Of a DNA stretch of 64,000 bases, positions 43,059 through 53,150 are shown piece after piece. Made by a program: the position numbers and the translations under genes. How positions within the stretch are numbered: position 1 is the first letter of the stretch; each line of letters starts with the position of its first letter. This stretch comes from Candidatus Yonathbacteria bacterium (GTDB taxonomy: Bacteria; Patescibacteriota; Minisyncoccia; Phycocordibacterales; JACNGX01). The notes beneath the pieces are model-generated. The model was not told where the DNA came from, ran no database searches, and worked only from the letters and a program-made list of their open reading frames with translations. Location of the stretch: contig JAAXWR010000001.1 of assembly GCA_013334825.1 (NCBI GenBank), positions 203,769 to 267,768 on the forward strand, read 5' to 3'.

Positions 43059-43925
43059 ATGGAAAATAGTAAGTTTTTAGTCTTTAAAAATACACGAAAA
43101 AACTCAATAAAGACTTGGGAGTATTTTGTGAATTGGGATAAGGTATTCAAGAATAAGAGAGAAGTGGAAATAGCTCTTAATAAAATGAATTATCTTCTCG
43201 GAAAAGAAAATTTAAAAGAAGAGTTTTTCTTATTATTGAAATCAGAACCAGATATTATAAAAACTTTCCCCATTCTTTTGGCGGTAAGAGAGCAAAAATT
43301 AGAGATTTATGATAAAAAAGAAAAGACATCGAGGTTTTTTGATTTTTCTAGTATTGATAATATGGAAGATCCAGAAGAATATTTTGAATTTTTTGAAAAT
43401 ACCGGTCTTACCAATATTTTTAAAAAAGATGGTGTAAAAAACCTTGTCGATTATGTTATGGGCGTAGAAGTTGGTCTTGAAAGTAATGGGAGAAAAAATC
43501 GAGGAGGTCAACTCATGGAGGTGATAACTGAAGAGTATATAAAGCAGTATTCAGAAGCAAATCATTTTTCTTATTTAGCACAAGCCACTGCGAAAGGTAT
43601 TTATGAAAGATGGGGTATAAATATTTCTGTAGATAAGTCAGAAAGAAGTTTTGATTTTGCTGTATATAATCCATTAAAAAATAAAATAAAATTGTTCGAA
43701 GTAAACTTTTATAATGGAGGAGGTTCAAAATTAAAAGCGGTTTGTGGAGAATTTAAAGGTCTTTTTGATTATCTAAAAGCACAAGGTGTTGAATTTGTTT
43801 GGATTACTGACGGTATGGGTTGGAATAATACGACAAGACCCCTTGAGGAGGTATATAACCATAACGATAATATCTTCAATCTATCAATGCTCGAAGAAGG
43901 GGTCCTCAACTCTCTTAAATGGTAG
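43059..43925 (+). CDS. DpnII-family type II restriction endonuclease
   Basis: LVDYVMGVEVGLESNGRKNRGG, EVNFYNGGGSKL and FVWITDGMGW. Confidence 0.93.
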   Translation: MENSKFLVFKNTRKNSIKTWEYFVNWDKVFKNKREVEIALNKMNYLLGKENLKEEFFLLLKSEPDIIKTFPILLAVREQKLEIYDKKEKTSRFFDFSSIDNMEDPEEYFEFFENTGLTNIFKKDGVKNLVDYVMGVEVGLESNGRKNRGGQLMEVITEEYIKQYSEANHFSYLAQATAKGIYERWGINISVDKSERSFDFAVYNPLKNKIKLFEVNFYNGGGSKLKAVCGEFKGLFDYLKAQGVEFVWITDGMGWNNTTRPLEEVYNHNDNIFNLSMLEEGVLNSLKW

Positions 43926-43937
43926 TATATTTTTTGT

Positions 43938-44690
43938 ATGAAATTTGGTCCAGACACATTTGATTTAGAATGTACAACCGTATGGGCTTTTCCTCGACGT
44001 GGTAATTGGGCTACACATACGTCAGATTGGCGTGGGAATTGGTCTCCTGAAGTGGTGCGCAATCTCATTTTACGATATTCCGAAGAGGGAGATATTTTAC
44101 TCGATCCAATGATTGGTGGGGGAACAACAGCAATCGAAGCAAAGATTTTGAATAGAAACATTATTTGTTCAGATGTGAATGATATCGCTATTGAACGGAC
44201 GAAGAATTGTCTTGTGTTTGATGTAGAGAATAATTCTTGGCAAAAGGTCTTGAAAAGAGACGCTAGAGATCTTAATAAAGCAAAAAATGAGAGTGTTGAT
44301 TTTATTCTCACTCATCCTCCATATGCCGATATTATAAAATATAGCGATGGTAAGATAGAAGAAGATCTTTCAAATATTCATAATATAGATTCCTTCGTCG
44401 ATGAAATGGAAAAAGTGGCAACGGAGCTTCATAGGGTTTTGAAGAAAGACAAATACTGCGCAATTTTAATCGGAGATACTCGTAGAAATAAAATGTATCA
44501 GCCTTTAGCTTTTAAGGTAATGGATAGATTTTTGAAAACAGGTTTTCAATTGAAAGAAGATATTATCAAACGACAATTTAATTGTCAGGCGACAGGTTTT
44601 TGGGTGAATAAATCAAAAGAAAATAATTTTCTCCTTATTATGCACGAACATCTCTTTGTGTTTCAAAAAGTTGGTGGAGACGCTCATTGA
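43938..44690 (+). CDS. N4/N6 DNA methyltransferase
   Basis: SAM motif LDPMIGGGTT and catalytic THPPY. The last codons (KVGGDAH) come from the repeat. Confidence 0.9.
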   Translation: MKFGPDTFDLECTTVWAFPRRGNWATHTSDWRGNWSPEVVRNLILRYSEEGDILLDPMIGGGTTAIEAKILNRNIICSDVNDIAIERTKNCLVFDVENNSWQKVLKRDARDLNKAKNESVDFILTHPPYADIIKYSDGKIEEDLSNIHNIDSFVDEMEKVATELHRVLKKDKYCAILIGDTRRNKMYQPLAFKVMDRFLKTGFQLKEDIIKRQFNCQATGFWVNKSKENNFLLIMHEHLFVFQKVGGDAH

Positions 44691-44843
44691 CGACGAGTTT
44701 TTCTGGAATGAAGACACGGGGCACTATGAGCCGAATGATTTTACGGATTGCTTTGAGCATACCGGCAACGTGAGGTGCGCGCAGTGCGGGGAAGCGTGGA
44801 CCGGATTGTAGAGCAAACAAAAAAGCGCCGTCTAGGCGCTTTC
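44668..44843 (+). repeat. Repeat copy A: 5'-truncated Zn-finger gene plus terminator
   Basis: 144-nt core differs from copy C at 6 positions. Confidence 0.9.
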
Positions 44844-44849
44844 GGCTCC

Positions 44850-45197
44850 TTAAGGTTTTTTTTCGTTGCAGAGAACACCATTAAGAATGGTGAAACCGAG
44901 AGCTTGACGAATCATGTCGTAATGTTTTGGAGTCGCTATTATTTTGTAGTACAGAGGTTCCCCTTCATAGAGGTTGTTGGGGGTGGCATTGTAGACAGAC
45001 ACCAACTGGGGGAACGGACAATGGGTCCCAGTTATTTTAAGTACAAGCTTACTCAGATCAAAACGTTCAATGATCTCAGCGCATCCTTTACTTGAATCTT
45101 CTTTGAGATATTCAACAGTGTTCCCTTCTCGTCTAATAGAGGTGATGATTGTGGTATATTTTTCGATCAACGCCTCAGGATGTTCCTTGTTTTCCAT
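44850..45197 (-). CDS. Orphan cassette protein (C-terminal LGFT)
   Basis: Promoter TTGACA-17-TACTAT at 45245-45273. Confidence 0.75.
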   Translation of the reverse strand: MENKEHPEALIEKYTTIITSIRREGNTVEYLKEDSSKGCAEIIERFDLSKLVLKITGTHCPFPQLVSVYNATPNNLYEGEPLYYKIIATPKHYDMIRQALGFTILNGVLCNEKKP

Positions 45198-45334
45198 TGT
45201 GGTATGTTTTTTTGTTTCTTGACTCTGCATACTTCTCTTGCGATATAGTATGCTTTTGGTCCAACTGTGTCAACAGAGTACGTAAAGTGAGAGTTCTTTA
45301 TTGGTTGGATTGTCGAACAAAAGGAAATCGTCGT

Positions 45335-45523
45335 GTGCGTAGAGCCCCGCACATCTGTCAGATGTGCGGGGCTCTACGCAAGTTGGTGGAGACGCTCATT
45401 GACGACGAGTTTTTCTGGAATGAAGAGACTGGGCATTATGAACCGAACAAGTTTACGGATTGTTTTGAGCATACTGGCAACGTGAGGTGCACGCAGTGCG
45501 GGGAAGCGTGGACAGGCGCTTGA
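45335..45523 (+). CDS. Small Zn-ribbon protein (CQMC...CTQC), intact repeat copy B
   Basis: GTG start after AAGGAA. Differences from the other copies are mostly synonymous. Confidence 0.65.
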   Translation: MRRAPHICQMCGALRKLVETLIDDEFFWNEETGHYEPNKFTDCFEHTGNVRCTQCGEAWTGA

Positions 45524-45667
45524 AAAGGAGTCTGCAGAAGAGTTGAAATCTCTCGAAAAGTCCTTGTGTGTCTCGGATGTTGACATATATTATTTTTTAT
45601 GCTACTCTAAAACGAGTAAAAGGAAATTACAGTTTTCATTAATATTCGAATCATTCAAGGAGGCAAC

Positions 45668-46224
45668 ATGGCCACTATTAAAGAGGGAAGTCCGGTATGG
45701 GTGGACGCCAATGGCGTCTGTCACCTGCTTACTTGTGATCACATTAAATCACCTGCCGTTCATGGGTTGGCAGGCGAGAACAGGGACGCCCTATTCTGCC
45801 CTGTTTGTATGGAGGGATACCGCACAATTCCCGATTTCCCGTATGATGAAAGCCAAGAGATTTCAGTGTGAAGTCCGCTTTATTCCTCGATGAGGCGATT
45901 CTGTGGGCATTTGCAACGGGTTTGTAAAACCCAGCTTTTCGTGGTCTTGAGAAGGAAAAGAAAGAGATATATCTTAAGTCCACGATCAGGGCTCTTTTCC
46001 CCGGTATCGTGTTTGATTCATTCGTCGAATTTGGACAATTTCTGGAGGCTTTTCTCAAACCCGCCCTCATGGAGGCTTTTCCACATTTCAAGCATGGTCC
46101 TGTCGGAAGTAAAATACTTTCCGAAGAAATGCTTAAGGTCCTTGCACTTCTCGAAACGAACGGTCGGGAATGGAAAGACAATGTAGAGTGGAGGAGGAAG
46201 TTCTCTCAACTGCTGACCCATTGA
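45668..46224 (+). pseudogene. Cys/His-rich small ORF (45668-45871) plus an interrupted downstream frame
   Basis: Promoter TTGACA-17-TACTCT at 45580-45608 and SD AAGGAGG. The second frame starts at an overlapping GTGA (45868) and has an in-frame TAA at 45925. Confidence 0.5.
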
Positions 46225-46401
46225 TTGTTTTCGTGTGATGTGAAAAACAACCCGCTGCTTGTATAGAGCGGGTTTTTTGTATCGAGAGTTATTTTTCGGA
46301 GATAAAACGACATGTAATTAACATCAATGGGTATTTAGTGCCGGATAGTGTGTTTCAAGAATAGGCACTCATCAAATAGAATAAGAAATCAGTCGAACTT
46401 T

Positions 46402-46631
46402 ATGAGTAAAAGATCAAAGAAAGACATGCCTGCCAACTCTGCGGGGCCGAGCGCAAGTTGGTGGAGACGCTCATTGAGGACGAGTTTTTCTGGAATGAAG
46501 ACACGGGGCACTATGAGCCGAATAAGTTTACGGATTGTTTTGAGCATACCGGCAATGTGTGGTGCGCGCAGTGCGGGGAAGCGTGGACCGGATTGTAGAG
46601 CAAACAAAAAAGCGCCCTGCGGGGCGCTTTT
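46402..46631 (+). pseudogene. Repeat copy C: frameshifted Zn-finger gene plus terminator
   Basis: The HACQLCGAERKLVET...CAQC frame is out of phase with the ATG at 46402. Confidence 0.7.
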
Positions 46632-46633
46632 GA

Positions 46634-46963
46634 TTACGAGGGAGTTTCAGCCCCTTTTTTATTTTCTTCATCCCCACTGGTCTTTACAGACACATCTGTA
46701 AAGCCGAATACGCTGAGAAGTTTCTCCATGTGCTCTTTGTCGGGGCAGGTGATTGAGTAATATTCAATCTGCCTGTCTTCTTTCTCAGAGACATGAATAT
46801 CGATATAATTCATCGTCTGATCTTTACCTACGCATAGGAATATTTTGTGAAATTCTTGTGGTCTGATGACCACCACCTTTCCAAACTCTATGACGATGAT
46901 TGCCAGAGAGCCGTCGGGAAGGACTTTCACATGTTTGAAATGTCCTGAGATGTCTTTTTTCAT
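46634..46963 (-). CDS. Orphan cassette protein (C-terminal FGFT)
   Basis: Promoter TTGACA-17-TATTAT at 47004-47032. Confidence 0.75.
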   Translation of the reverse strand: MKKDISGHFKHVKVLPDGSLAIIVIEFGKVVVIRPQEFHKIFLCVGKDQTMNYIDIHVSEKEDRQIEYYSITCPDKEHMEKLLSVFGFTDVSVKTSGDEENKKGAETPS

Positions 46964-47336
46964 ATTATATAGTGTGACTTAGGTTTTTGATGATCCTTGC
47001 CAAATAATATCATTATTTCAGACAAATGTCAAATTTGCTTCAATAGTAATCGTGAAAATGGGCGATTTGGCGTGAATTTGTGCCGATTTTGGGCAATATT
47101 CACGCCAAACTTGCATGTTGCCGTGAATATTTGCTGTTTTGGTGGTATTTGGTGTGTGGAAAATCGTCGCGCGGGTGGATATCTTGGTTGCACGTATCAA
47201 CACCCTCCGCGCGCGGCAAAAGGAGTCTACAAAAGAGCGAGAACCTTTGGGATGCTTCTCGTTAAGGTGTTTTTTAAGAAAGATGTTTTTGTGTTACACT
47301 TTTTATACATTTATTCATTAAATTCATATACGCATT

Positions 47337-49004
47337 ATGAAACAAGAAGGATTTGATTCCGAAGCATATCGAAACGAACTCGTTGCACGTATCAAAAACG
47401 AACCTGATACGAAGACGCGACGCGACATCCTTTCTTGTGCTACACGTACAGAAGAGTATCGTACAGCGGAAATATTTCATCGTGCGGATGCAAAACAACA
47501 GCGCGAACGGCTTTTGAATGGAGGATTTGTTGAAGAGGTAAATGCATTTGAAAAAGTAGTTGATTTTGCGAAACTTGTTGAAGAAGCGGGAGGACAGGCG
47601 CTTCTGGTAGGTGGGTGTGTGCGGGACGAGTTGATGGGTATCCCTCCAAAAGATTATGATATTGAAGTATATAATATTGAGCCAGAACGACTGAGAGAGC
47701 TTGCGTATGCGTTTGGTGATGTGAATGAAGTTGGTGCCGCGTTCGGTATATTGAAAGTTAAAATTGGTGATATTGATCTTGATGTATCATTACCACGTAG
47801 AGAATCGAAGACGGGGAAAGGGCACCGTGATTTTTCAGTGAGCGCTGATCCCACTATGAGTATTGAAGAAGCGGCACGAAGGCGTGATTTCACATTCAAC
47901 ACTCTTGCAAAAGATCCTCTAACCGGAGAAGTCTATGACTATTTCGGCGGCGTTCGGGATATTGAACAGAGGATTCTTAGAGTTGCTGACGAGGAGCGTT
48001 TCCGTGACGATCCACTGAGAGTATTACGCGGTATGCAATTTATTGGGAGATTCGGATTGGGTGTTGATGATTCCACTGCAGCGATAATGCGTGATATGAG
48101 AGGTGAGTTGACACATTTACCGAAGGAGCGCTTGAGAGAAGAGTGGATAAAACTTTTTACACGTTCAAGAAAGCCATCCCTTGGTCTTCAGGCAGCTATG
48201 GAATGGGGTATTTTTCATGAGATGCATCCACAGATTGTTGAGTTGTCACGTACACCACAAGAGCCAGAATGGCATCCTGAAGGAGATGTGTGGGTCCATA
48301 CGCTGATGGTTGTAGATGAAGCAGCCAAGATTGTTGAGAAAGAAAGATTGAAGGGGGATGACGCCCTGCTTGTCATACTCGCTGCGTTTTGTCATGATTT
48401 TGGAAAGCCAAAGACAACGCGTACAGATGGCGATAGGATACAGTCTCCTGGACATGAACAAGCGGGGGTTGAACCGACGGTGAAGTTTCTTTCTGAGATA
48501 GGGATTGAAGGTTCTATGCGTGACTCTGTCGCGCGACTGGTCGCAGAGCATTTGAGACCGTCCATGTTATATATTGAAGAAATGTTAAAAGGAAAAAAAG
48601 TAACCGATGGAGCAATCAAACGTATGGCGACGAGAACGAATCCTGCGACATTACGACATCTTTTATATGTTGCAAAGGCTGATCATCAAGGGAGGGGTCC
48701 GTTTGTTGATCCACGGAATAAAGAAGGATCTTTTATCCCCTCAGATTATCCTGTTGAAGAATGGCTGTTGAAGCGCGCCTCAGACTTGGGTGTTTATGAA
48801 GAAAAACCTCGTCCCATAATTTTTGGAAGAGACCTTGTTGGTTTGGGATTTAATCCAGGGAGATTGTTCGGAGAAATTATTCGTGCGGGGGAAGAGATGC
48901 ACATAAAAGGATTTTCTCGTGAAGAAATATTGCTTTTTATTCATACACACAAGGATTTGTCTCCGGATAATCTTATCGAAGTTTTGAAAAATGCAGAAAT
49001 ATAA
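47337..49004 (+). CDS. cca: CCA tRNA nucleotidyltransferase with HD domain
   Basis: VGGCVRD..DYD, RRDFTFN, DDPLRVLR, HPEGDVWVHT and HDFGK. Confidence 0.9.
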   Translation: MKQEGFDSEAYRNELVARIKNEPDTKTRRDILSCATRTEEYRTAEIFHRADAKQQRERLLNGGFVEEVNAFEKVVDFAKLVEEAGGQALLVGGCVRDELMGIPPKDYDIEVYNIEPERLRELAYAFGDVNEVGAAFGILKVKIGDIDLDVSLPRRESKTGKGHRDFSVSADPTMSIEEAARRRDFTFNTLAKDPLTGEVYDYFGGVRDIEQRILRVADEERFRDDPLRVLRGMQFIGRFGLGVDDSTAAIMRDMRGELTHLPKERLREEWIKLFTRSRKPSLGLQAAMEWGIFHEMHPQIVELSRTPQEPEWHPEGDVWVHTLMVVDEAAKIVEKERLKGDDALLVILAAFCHDFGKPKTTRTDGDRIQSPGHEQAGVEPTVKFLSEIGIEGSMRDSVARLVAEHLRPSMLYIEEMLKGKKVTDGAIKRMATRTNPATLRHLLYVAKADHQGRGPFVDPRNKEGSFIPSDYPVEEWLLKRASDLGVYEEKPRPIIFGRDLVGLGFNPGRLFGEIIRAGEEMHIKGFSREEILLFIHTHKDLSPDNLIEVLKNAEI

Positions 49005-49075
49005 GAATATTTGTGATATTGTCTCATATCGGTTTTTTCTTGAAATAAGAAAAGACGTCATGTCGAACAACTTAT

Positions 49076-49270
49076 ATGACCTATAGTATTAACTCAATAA
49101 AAGATTTTTTCCGTAAATCTTCCACAAAGGATCTCCCAGACCCCGTATATGCTTTTTTTATGGAGACGAAATCACGTGACCGAAAACGTGTGTATATGAA
49201 GGCGCTTAGGGGGGCACAACATGATCAGGAAAAGATTTCACGAATGGCAAAAGAAAAAGCGCATGCGTAG
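49076..49270 (+). CDS. Small helical hypothetical protein
   Basis: 64-aa ORF ending in the hairpin AAAAGCGCATGC-GTA-GCATGCGCTTTT. Confidence 0.55.
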   Translation: MTYSINSIKDFFRKSSTKDLPDPVYAFFMETKSRDRKRVYMKALRGAQHDQEKISRMAKEKAHA

Positions 49271-49478
49271 CATGCGCTTTTTCTTTTTGTCGGACATCGG
49301 AACAAGTCCGGGGTCTTCGGAAGTCGAAGCCACTAATACATCTAGTATACATATACTGAAACATTGAATCAAAAATTTATACCAAGGTTTAACCTTGGTA
49401 TAACAAAGGAATATATGGATAGAATTGTAAAACATACAAAAAAGCGCCCATTGGCGCTTTCGGAGGTATGCCTTAACC

Positions 49479-49763
49479 TTACCCCTTTATGTATACTTTA
49501 AAAAACACCGTGAATCCAACTGATTCAAGGATTTTTTTCATCGCTGCCTCGTCGGCACGGACGATGATGGTGTCTTCCCCCAGTTTCAGATTGGGCATAC
49601 GCCAACCTTTTTCGATCGCCCACTCTATTTTTTGTTCAAACACCGTAGGAATGGTTTTTTGAGTCCCGTTTCCAAGAATGAAGACGATTTCATCATTCAT
49701 ATTTCTCCGTGCCCCCAGAATTATATGGGAGGGAATTTCGGCTGACTCTGTTTGTGTGGTCAT
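49479..49763 (-). CDS. Orphan cassette protein (C-terminal VGFT)
   Basis: Promoter TTGACA-17-TATTGT at 49819-49847. Shares the terminator family (49436-49463). Confidence 0.7.
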   Translation of the reverse strand: MTTQTESAEIPSHIILGARRNMNDEIVFILGNGTQKTIPTVFEQKIEWAIEKGWRMPNLKLGEDTIIVRADEAAMKKILESVGFTVFFKVYIKG

Positions 49764-50035
49764 CTGTATAATTTTTTTATAGTTTTTTATAGCGAAAATG
49801 TGATGAAACACCGATAGGACAATAGCATAGCGTCTCTTATGTGTCAATGGTTTTGTAGAACATTTTTTCATACACTCACTTGGTGTTACTTTTGTGTTGG
49901 ATTTCGGGAATTTTTGTGTTGTGATACGTGGTTTTATTCGTTCTCTCTGTGTGCGAATTTATGTAATATTCTATTGAGACTTGGTTTGGTGAAAGAATTT
50001 GACAGAGTAGATTTTTGGGTTACAATGGGGAGACT

Positions 50036-50656
50036 ATGAGTACTTACGATGATGATACTATTGATACTTCCACCGAAGACTCGGTGATTCATGAGGATAT
50101 GCATCCTCCCGAGGATAGTGTATCTGATGATGTTGACGTATTGTACGAAGATGAACAGGGTCCGGCTGCTATGAAACGTTTGCGTGAAAAACTTGCGCAA
50201 GCAGTGAAAGAAAAACAAGAATATCTTGATGGGTGGCAACGCGCAAAAGCGGATTTCATCAATTATAAACGTGAACAAGACGCATTGCACGGCAAGATAA
50301 AAGAAGCAGGAAAAGAAGCGATGATACATGATTTGTTATTAGTAGCCGATAGTTTTGAAATGGCATTTGGAAATAAAGAAGCGTGGGAACAAGTGGATGA
50401 AAATTGGCGCCGTGGCGTAGAATACATTTACGCGCAATTTGGCAAAGTGCTTGACGACCATGGAATCACTATCATTGAGCCAATAGGGGAACGTTTTGAC
50501 TCTTCACGCCACACAGCGACAGAAGCGATTCCTGTTGATGACGCGACGAAAGACGATAGTGTCATTGCTGTACTTCAAAAAGGGTATATGATGAATGGTA
50601 AAGTGCTTCGCCCCGCGCGCGTGAAAGTGGGACAGTACGGCACATCTGAGATGTGA
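50036..50656 (+). CDS. grpE: Nucleotide exchange factor GrpE
   Basis: WQRAKADFINYKR and QKGYMMNGKVLRPARVKV. Confidence 0.96.
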   Translation: MSTYDDDTIDTSTEDSVIHEDMHPPEDSVSDDVDVLYEDEQGPAAMKRLREKLAQAVKEKQEYLDGWQRAKADFINYKREQDALHGKIKEAGKEAMIHDLLLVADSFEMAFGNKEAWEQVDENWRRGVEYIYAQFGKVLDDHGITIIEPIGERFDSSRHTATEAIPVDDATKDDSVIAVLQKGYMMNGKVLRPARVKVGQYGTSEM

Positions 50657-50699
50657 GAGAAGTTGTCAGTTATTGGATTCTTTACGAAGTACGAACAAT

Positions 50700-50835
50700 A
50701 TTTTTTAAATCCTAATATCTAAATCCTAAACAATATAAAAATTAAAAATTCAAATGTCCAAAATGTTGTGTGTTAGTTTTTGAATTTTGGTAATTGAAAT
50801 TTGTTTAGAATTTAGGATTTAGTGTTTAGTATTTA
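50700..50835. repeat. AT-rich long imperfect palindrome of 7-mers
   Basis: AAATCCTAATATCTAAATCCTAAACAA ... TTGTTTAGAATTTAGGATTTAG. Confidence 0.7.
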
Positions 50836-50900
50836 TCATGGGACATTGTGATTTATACATCAGATTCTTCATTAATAATCTCTAATTTTTACATACATAT

Positions 50901-52823
50901 ATGAGTAAAATCCTTGGTATCGATCTTGGAACAACAAATTCCGCCATGGCGGTTGTCGAAGGTGGAGAACCGCGTATCATTGAAAACAGTGAAGGTGTGC
51001 GCACTACGCCGTCTGTTATCGCACAAACAAAAACGGGAGAACGTGTGGTGGGTGTTTCTGCCAAACGTCAAGCCGTAACGAATCCAGAAAATACGTTGTT
51101 TGGTATCAAACGTTTGATTGGACATCGCTACGATGACCCAGCGGTACAACGCGACAAGGAAATTGTTTCATTTAAACTGTCTCAAAGCGGTGAAGGTGTC
51201 GCTGTCGCGATGGGTGGAAAAGACTATCGTCCCGAAGAAATTTCCGCGATGATACTTCAAAAACTCAAAGCAGATGCCGAAGCGCGTCTCGGAGAGTCAA
51301 TCACAGAAGCGGTGATTACTGTGCCTGCGTATTTTAATGACGCGCAACGTCAAGCGACCAAAGACGCGGGGAAAATTGCGGGCTTTGATGTTAAACGTAT
51401 CATCAATGAACCGACAGCGGCCGCGCTCGCGTATGGATTTAACAAAAAGAAAAATGAGCAGATTGCTGTGTATGACTTTGGTGGTGGTACCTTTGATATT
51501 TCTATTCTTGAAGTTGGTGATGATGTGATTGAAGTAAAATCTACTGATGGAGACGCACATATGGGAGGTGAGGATATTGATCAAAATATTGTTGCGTGGA
51601 TTGGTGAAGAATTTAAAAAAGAATCAGGCGTAGATATTTTGAAAGACGTGCTCGCACTCCAACGCCTCAAAGAAGCTGCTGAAAAAGCAAAACATGAATT
51701 GTCCTCAGTAACTGAGACTGAAATCAACATTCCGTTTATTACATCGGATGCGTCTGGTCCGCGTCACTTGCTTCTCAAGATGACGCGAACAAAACTCGAA
51801 GAACTCGCGCGCACGTATATTGACCGTTCAATTGAAATCACCAAACGCGCAGTGGAAGCATCGGGCATTCCTGTCGGAAATATCAATGAAATTATCATGG
51901 TGGGTGGACAGACGCGTATGCCCGCGATTGTGGAAGCGGTGAAAGCATTTTTCGGAAAGGAACCAAACCGTTCTATCAATCCAGATGAAGTTGTCGCTCT
52001 TGGTGCCGCTATTCAAGCAGGAATTCTTCAAGGAGATGTGAAAGATATTTTGCTCTTGGATGTGATTCCTTTGTCGCTCGGTATTGAGACAATGGGTGGT
52101 GTTGCGACAAAACTCATTGAAAAAAATACAACCATTCCAGCTTCAAAGTCACAAACATTTTCTACCGCAGCGGATAATCAAACATCTGTGGAGATTCATA
52201 TTGTTCAAGGGGAACGTCCTATGGCATCTGACAATAGAAGTTTGGGCAAATTTATTCTTGACGGTATCCCGCCAGCTCCACGTGGTGTCCCACAGGTGGA
52301 AGTTACCTTTGACATTGATGCGAACGGTATTTTGTCGGTGAAGGCAAAAGACAAGACAAGTGGCAAAGAACAGTCTATTCGTATTGAAGCGAGTTCGGGT
52401 ATTACGGAAGAAGAAATTGCTCGTATGAAAACAGAAGCAGACGCACATGCGGATGAAGATAAAAAACGCAAGGAATCAGCGGAGACAAAAAATATTGCTG
52501 AACAAACTGCTTATACTGCTGAGAAGTCACTCAAAGAATATGCCGATAAAATCCCAGCTGAACTTAAAACAGCAATTGAAGAAAAGATTAAGGCAACACA
52601 TGATGCCGCAGCAGGAACGGATAGTGCATTGATGAAGACTACTACGGAGGCTCTCTCTGCAGAGCTTGGAAAGATCGGAGAACATCTCTCCAAAGCAGGA
52701 CAAGAAGCAAACCAAACACAATCTACTGATGCGTCTCAAACAGCGACACCAGAAGGTGAGGGGACGGTGCATGATGCTGAGTTTACGGAGAAGAAAGAAG
52801 GAGAAGAGGGTGCACAAATATAA
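50901..52823 (+). CDS. dnaK: Chaperone DnaK
   Basis: [21 protein letters not shown] and DFGGGTFD. Confidence 0.99.
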   Translation: MSKILGIDLGTTNSAMAVVEGGEPRIIENSEGVRTTPSVIAQTKTGERVVGVSAKRQAVTNPENTLFGIKRLIGHRYDDPAVQRDKEIVSFKLSQSGEGVAVAMGGKDYRPEEISAMILQKLKADAEARLGESITEAVITVPAYFNDAQRQATKDAGKIAGFDVKRIINEPTAAALAYGFNKKKNEQIAVYDFGGGTFDISILEVGDDVIEVKSTDGDAHMGGEDIDQNIVAWIGEEFKKESGVDILKDVLALQRLKEAAEKAKHELSSVTETEINIPFITSDASGPRHLLLKMTRTKLEELARTYIDRSIEITKRAVEASGIPVGNINEIIMVGGQTRMPAIVEAVKAFFGKEPNRSINPDEVVALGAAIQAGILQGDVKDILLLDVIPLSLGIETMGGVATKLIEKNTTIPASKSQTFSTAADNQTSVEIHIVQGERPMASDNRSLGKFILDGIPPAPRGVPQVEVTFDIDANGILSVKAKDKTSGKEQSIRIEASSGITEEEIARMKTEADAHADEDKKRKESAETKNIAEQTAYTAEKSLKEYADKIPAELKTAIEEKIKATHDAAAGTDSALMKTTTEALSAELGKIGEHLSKAGQEANQTQSTDASQTATPEGEGTVHDAEFTEKKEGEEGAQI

Positions 52824-52888
52824 CAAGAAAGATTGAAACACGGAATCGTATATAAGTGCCGTCTTGTTTTTGAGCATGAGTTCCCAAA

Positions 52889-53037
52889 AATCGCCCCGCC
52901 CTTTCAGGAGAAAGGGCGGGGCGATTCAGTTTTGTGATGAAGTGGCGCGGGGATTACATCCCCGCGCCACTTTCGTATCGTATCTTTCTTCCGCTAGGTT
53001 AAACCTAACGACGTTAGGTTTAACCTAGCGGAAGAAA
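52889..53037. repeat. Three tandem perfect hairpins, including a 26-bp-arm AGGTTAAACCT palindrome
   Basis: Hairpins at 52889-52926, 52940-52972 and 52985-53037. Confidence 0.8.
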
Positions 53038-53150
53038 CCTAGCAGAAGATTGGATTTTTGTGCGTTCGATACCCTTTACTTTTTTGTACATGTGTGGTAT
53101 GTTCGAGATGGTATTGTCTTCTGAAAACATAATTAATAAAAGAAAAAACT

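Noticed and set aside
45668-46224. UGA recoding (genetic code 25)
   Set aside because: Core genes (alaS, grpE) end properly at TGA and have no internal TGA. The interruption here is a TAA plus a frame change.
44668-46598. DGR template/variable repeat pair
   Set aside because: Differences among copies are mostly third-position synonymous changes, not adenine-specific, and there is no reverse transcriptase in the window.
44668-49463. Classical integron attC sites
   Set aside because: No RYYYAAC/GTTRRRY-bounded palindromes were recognised and there is no IntI integrase. The cassettes carry their own promoters.
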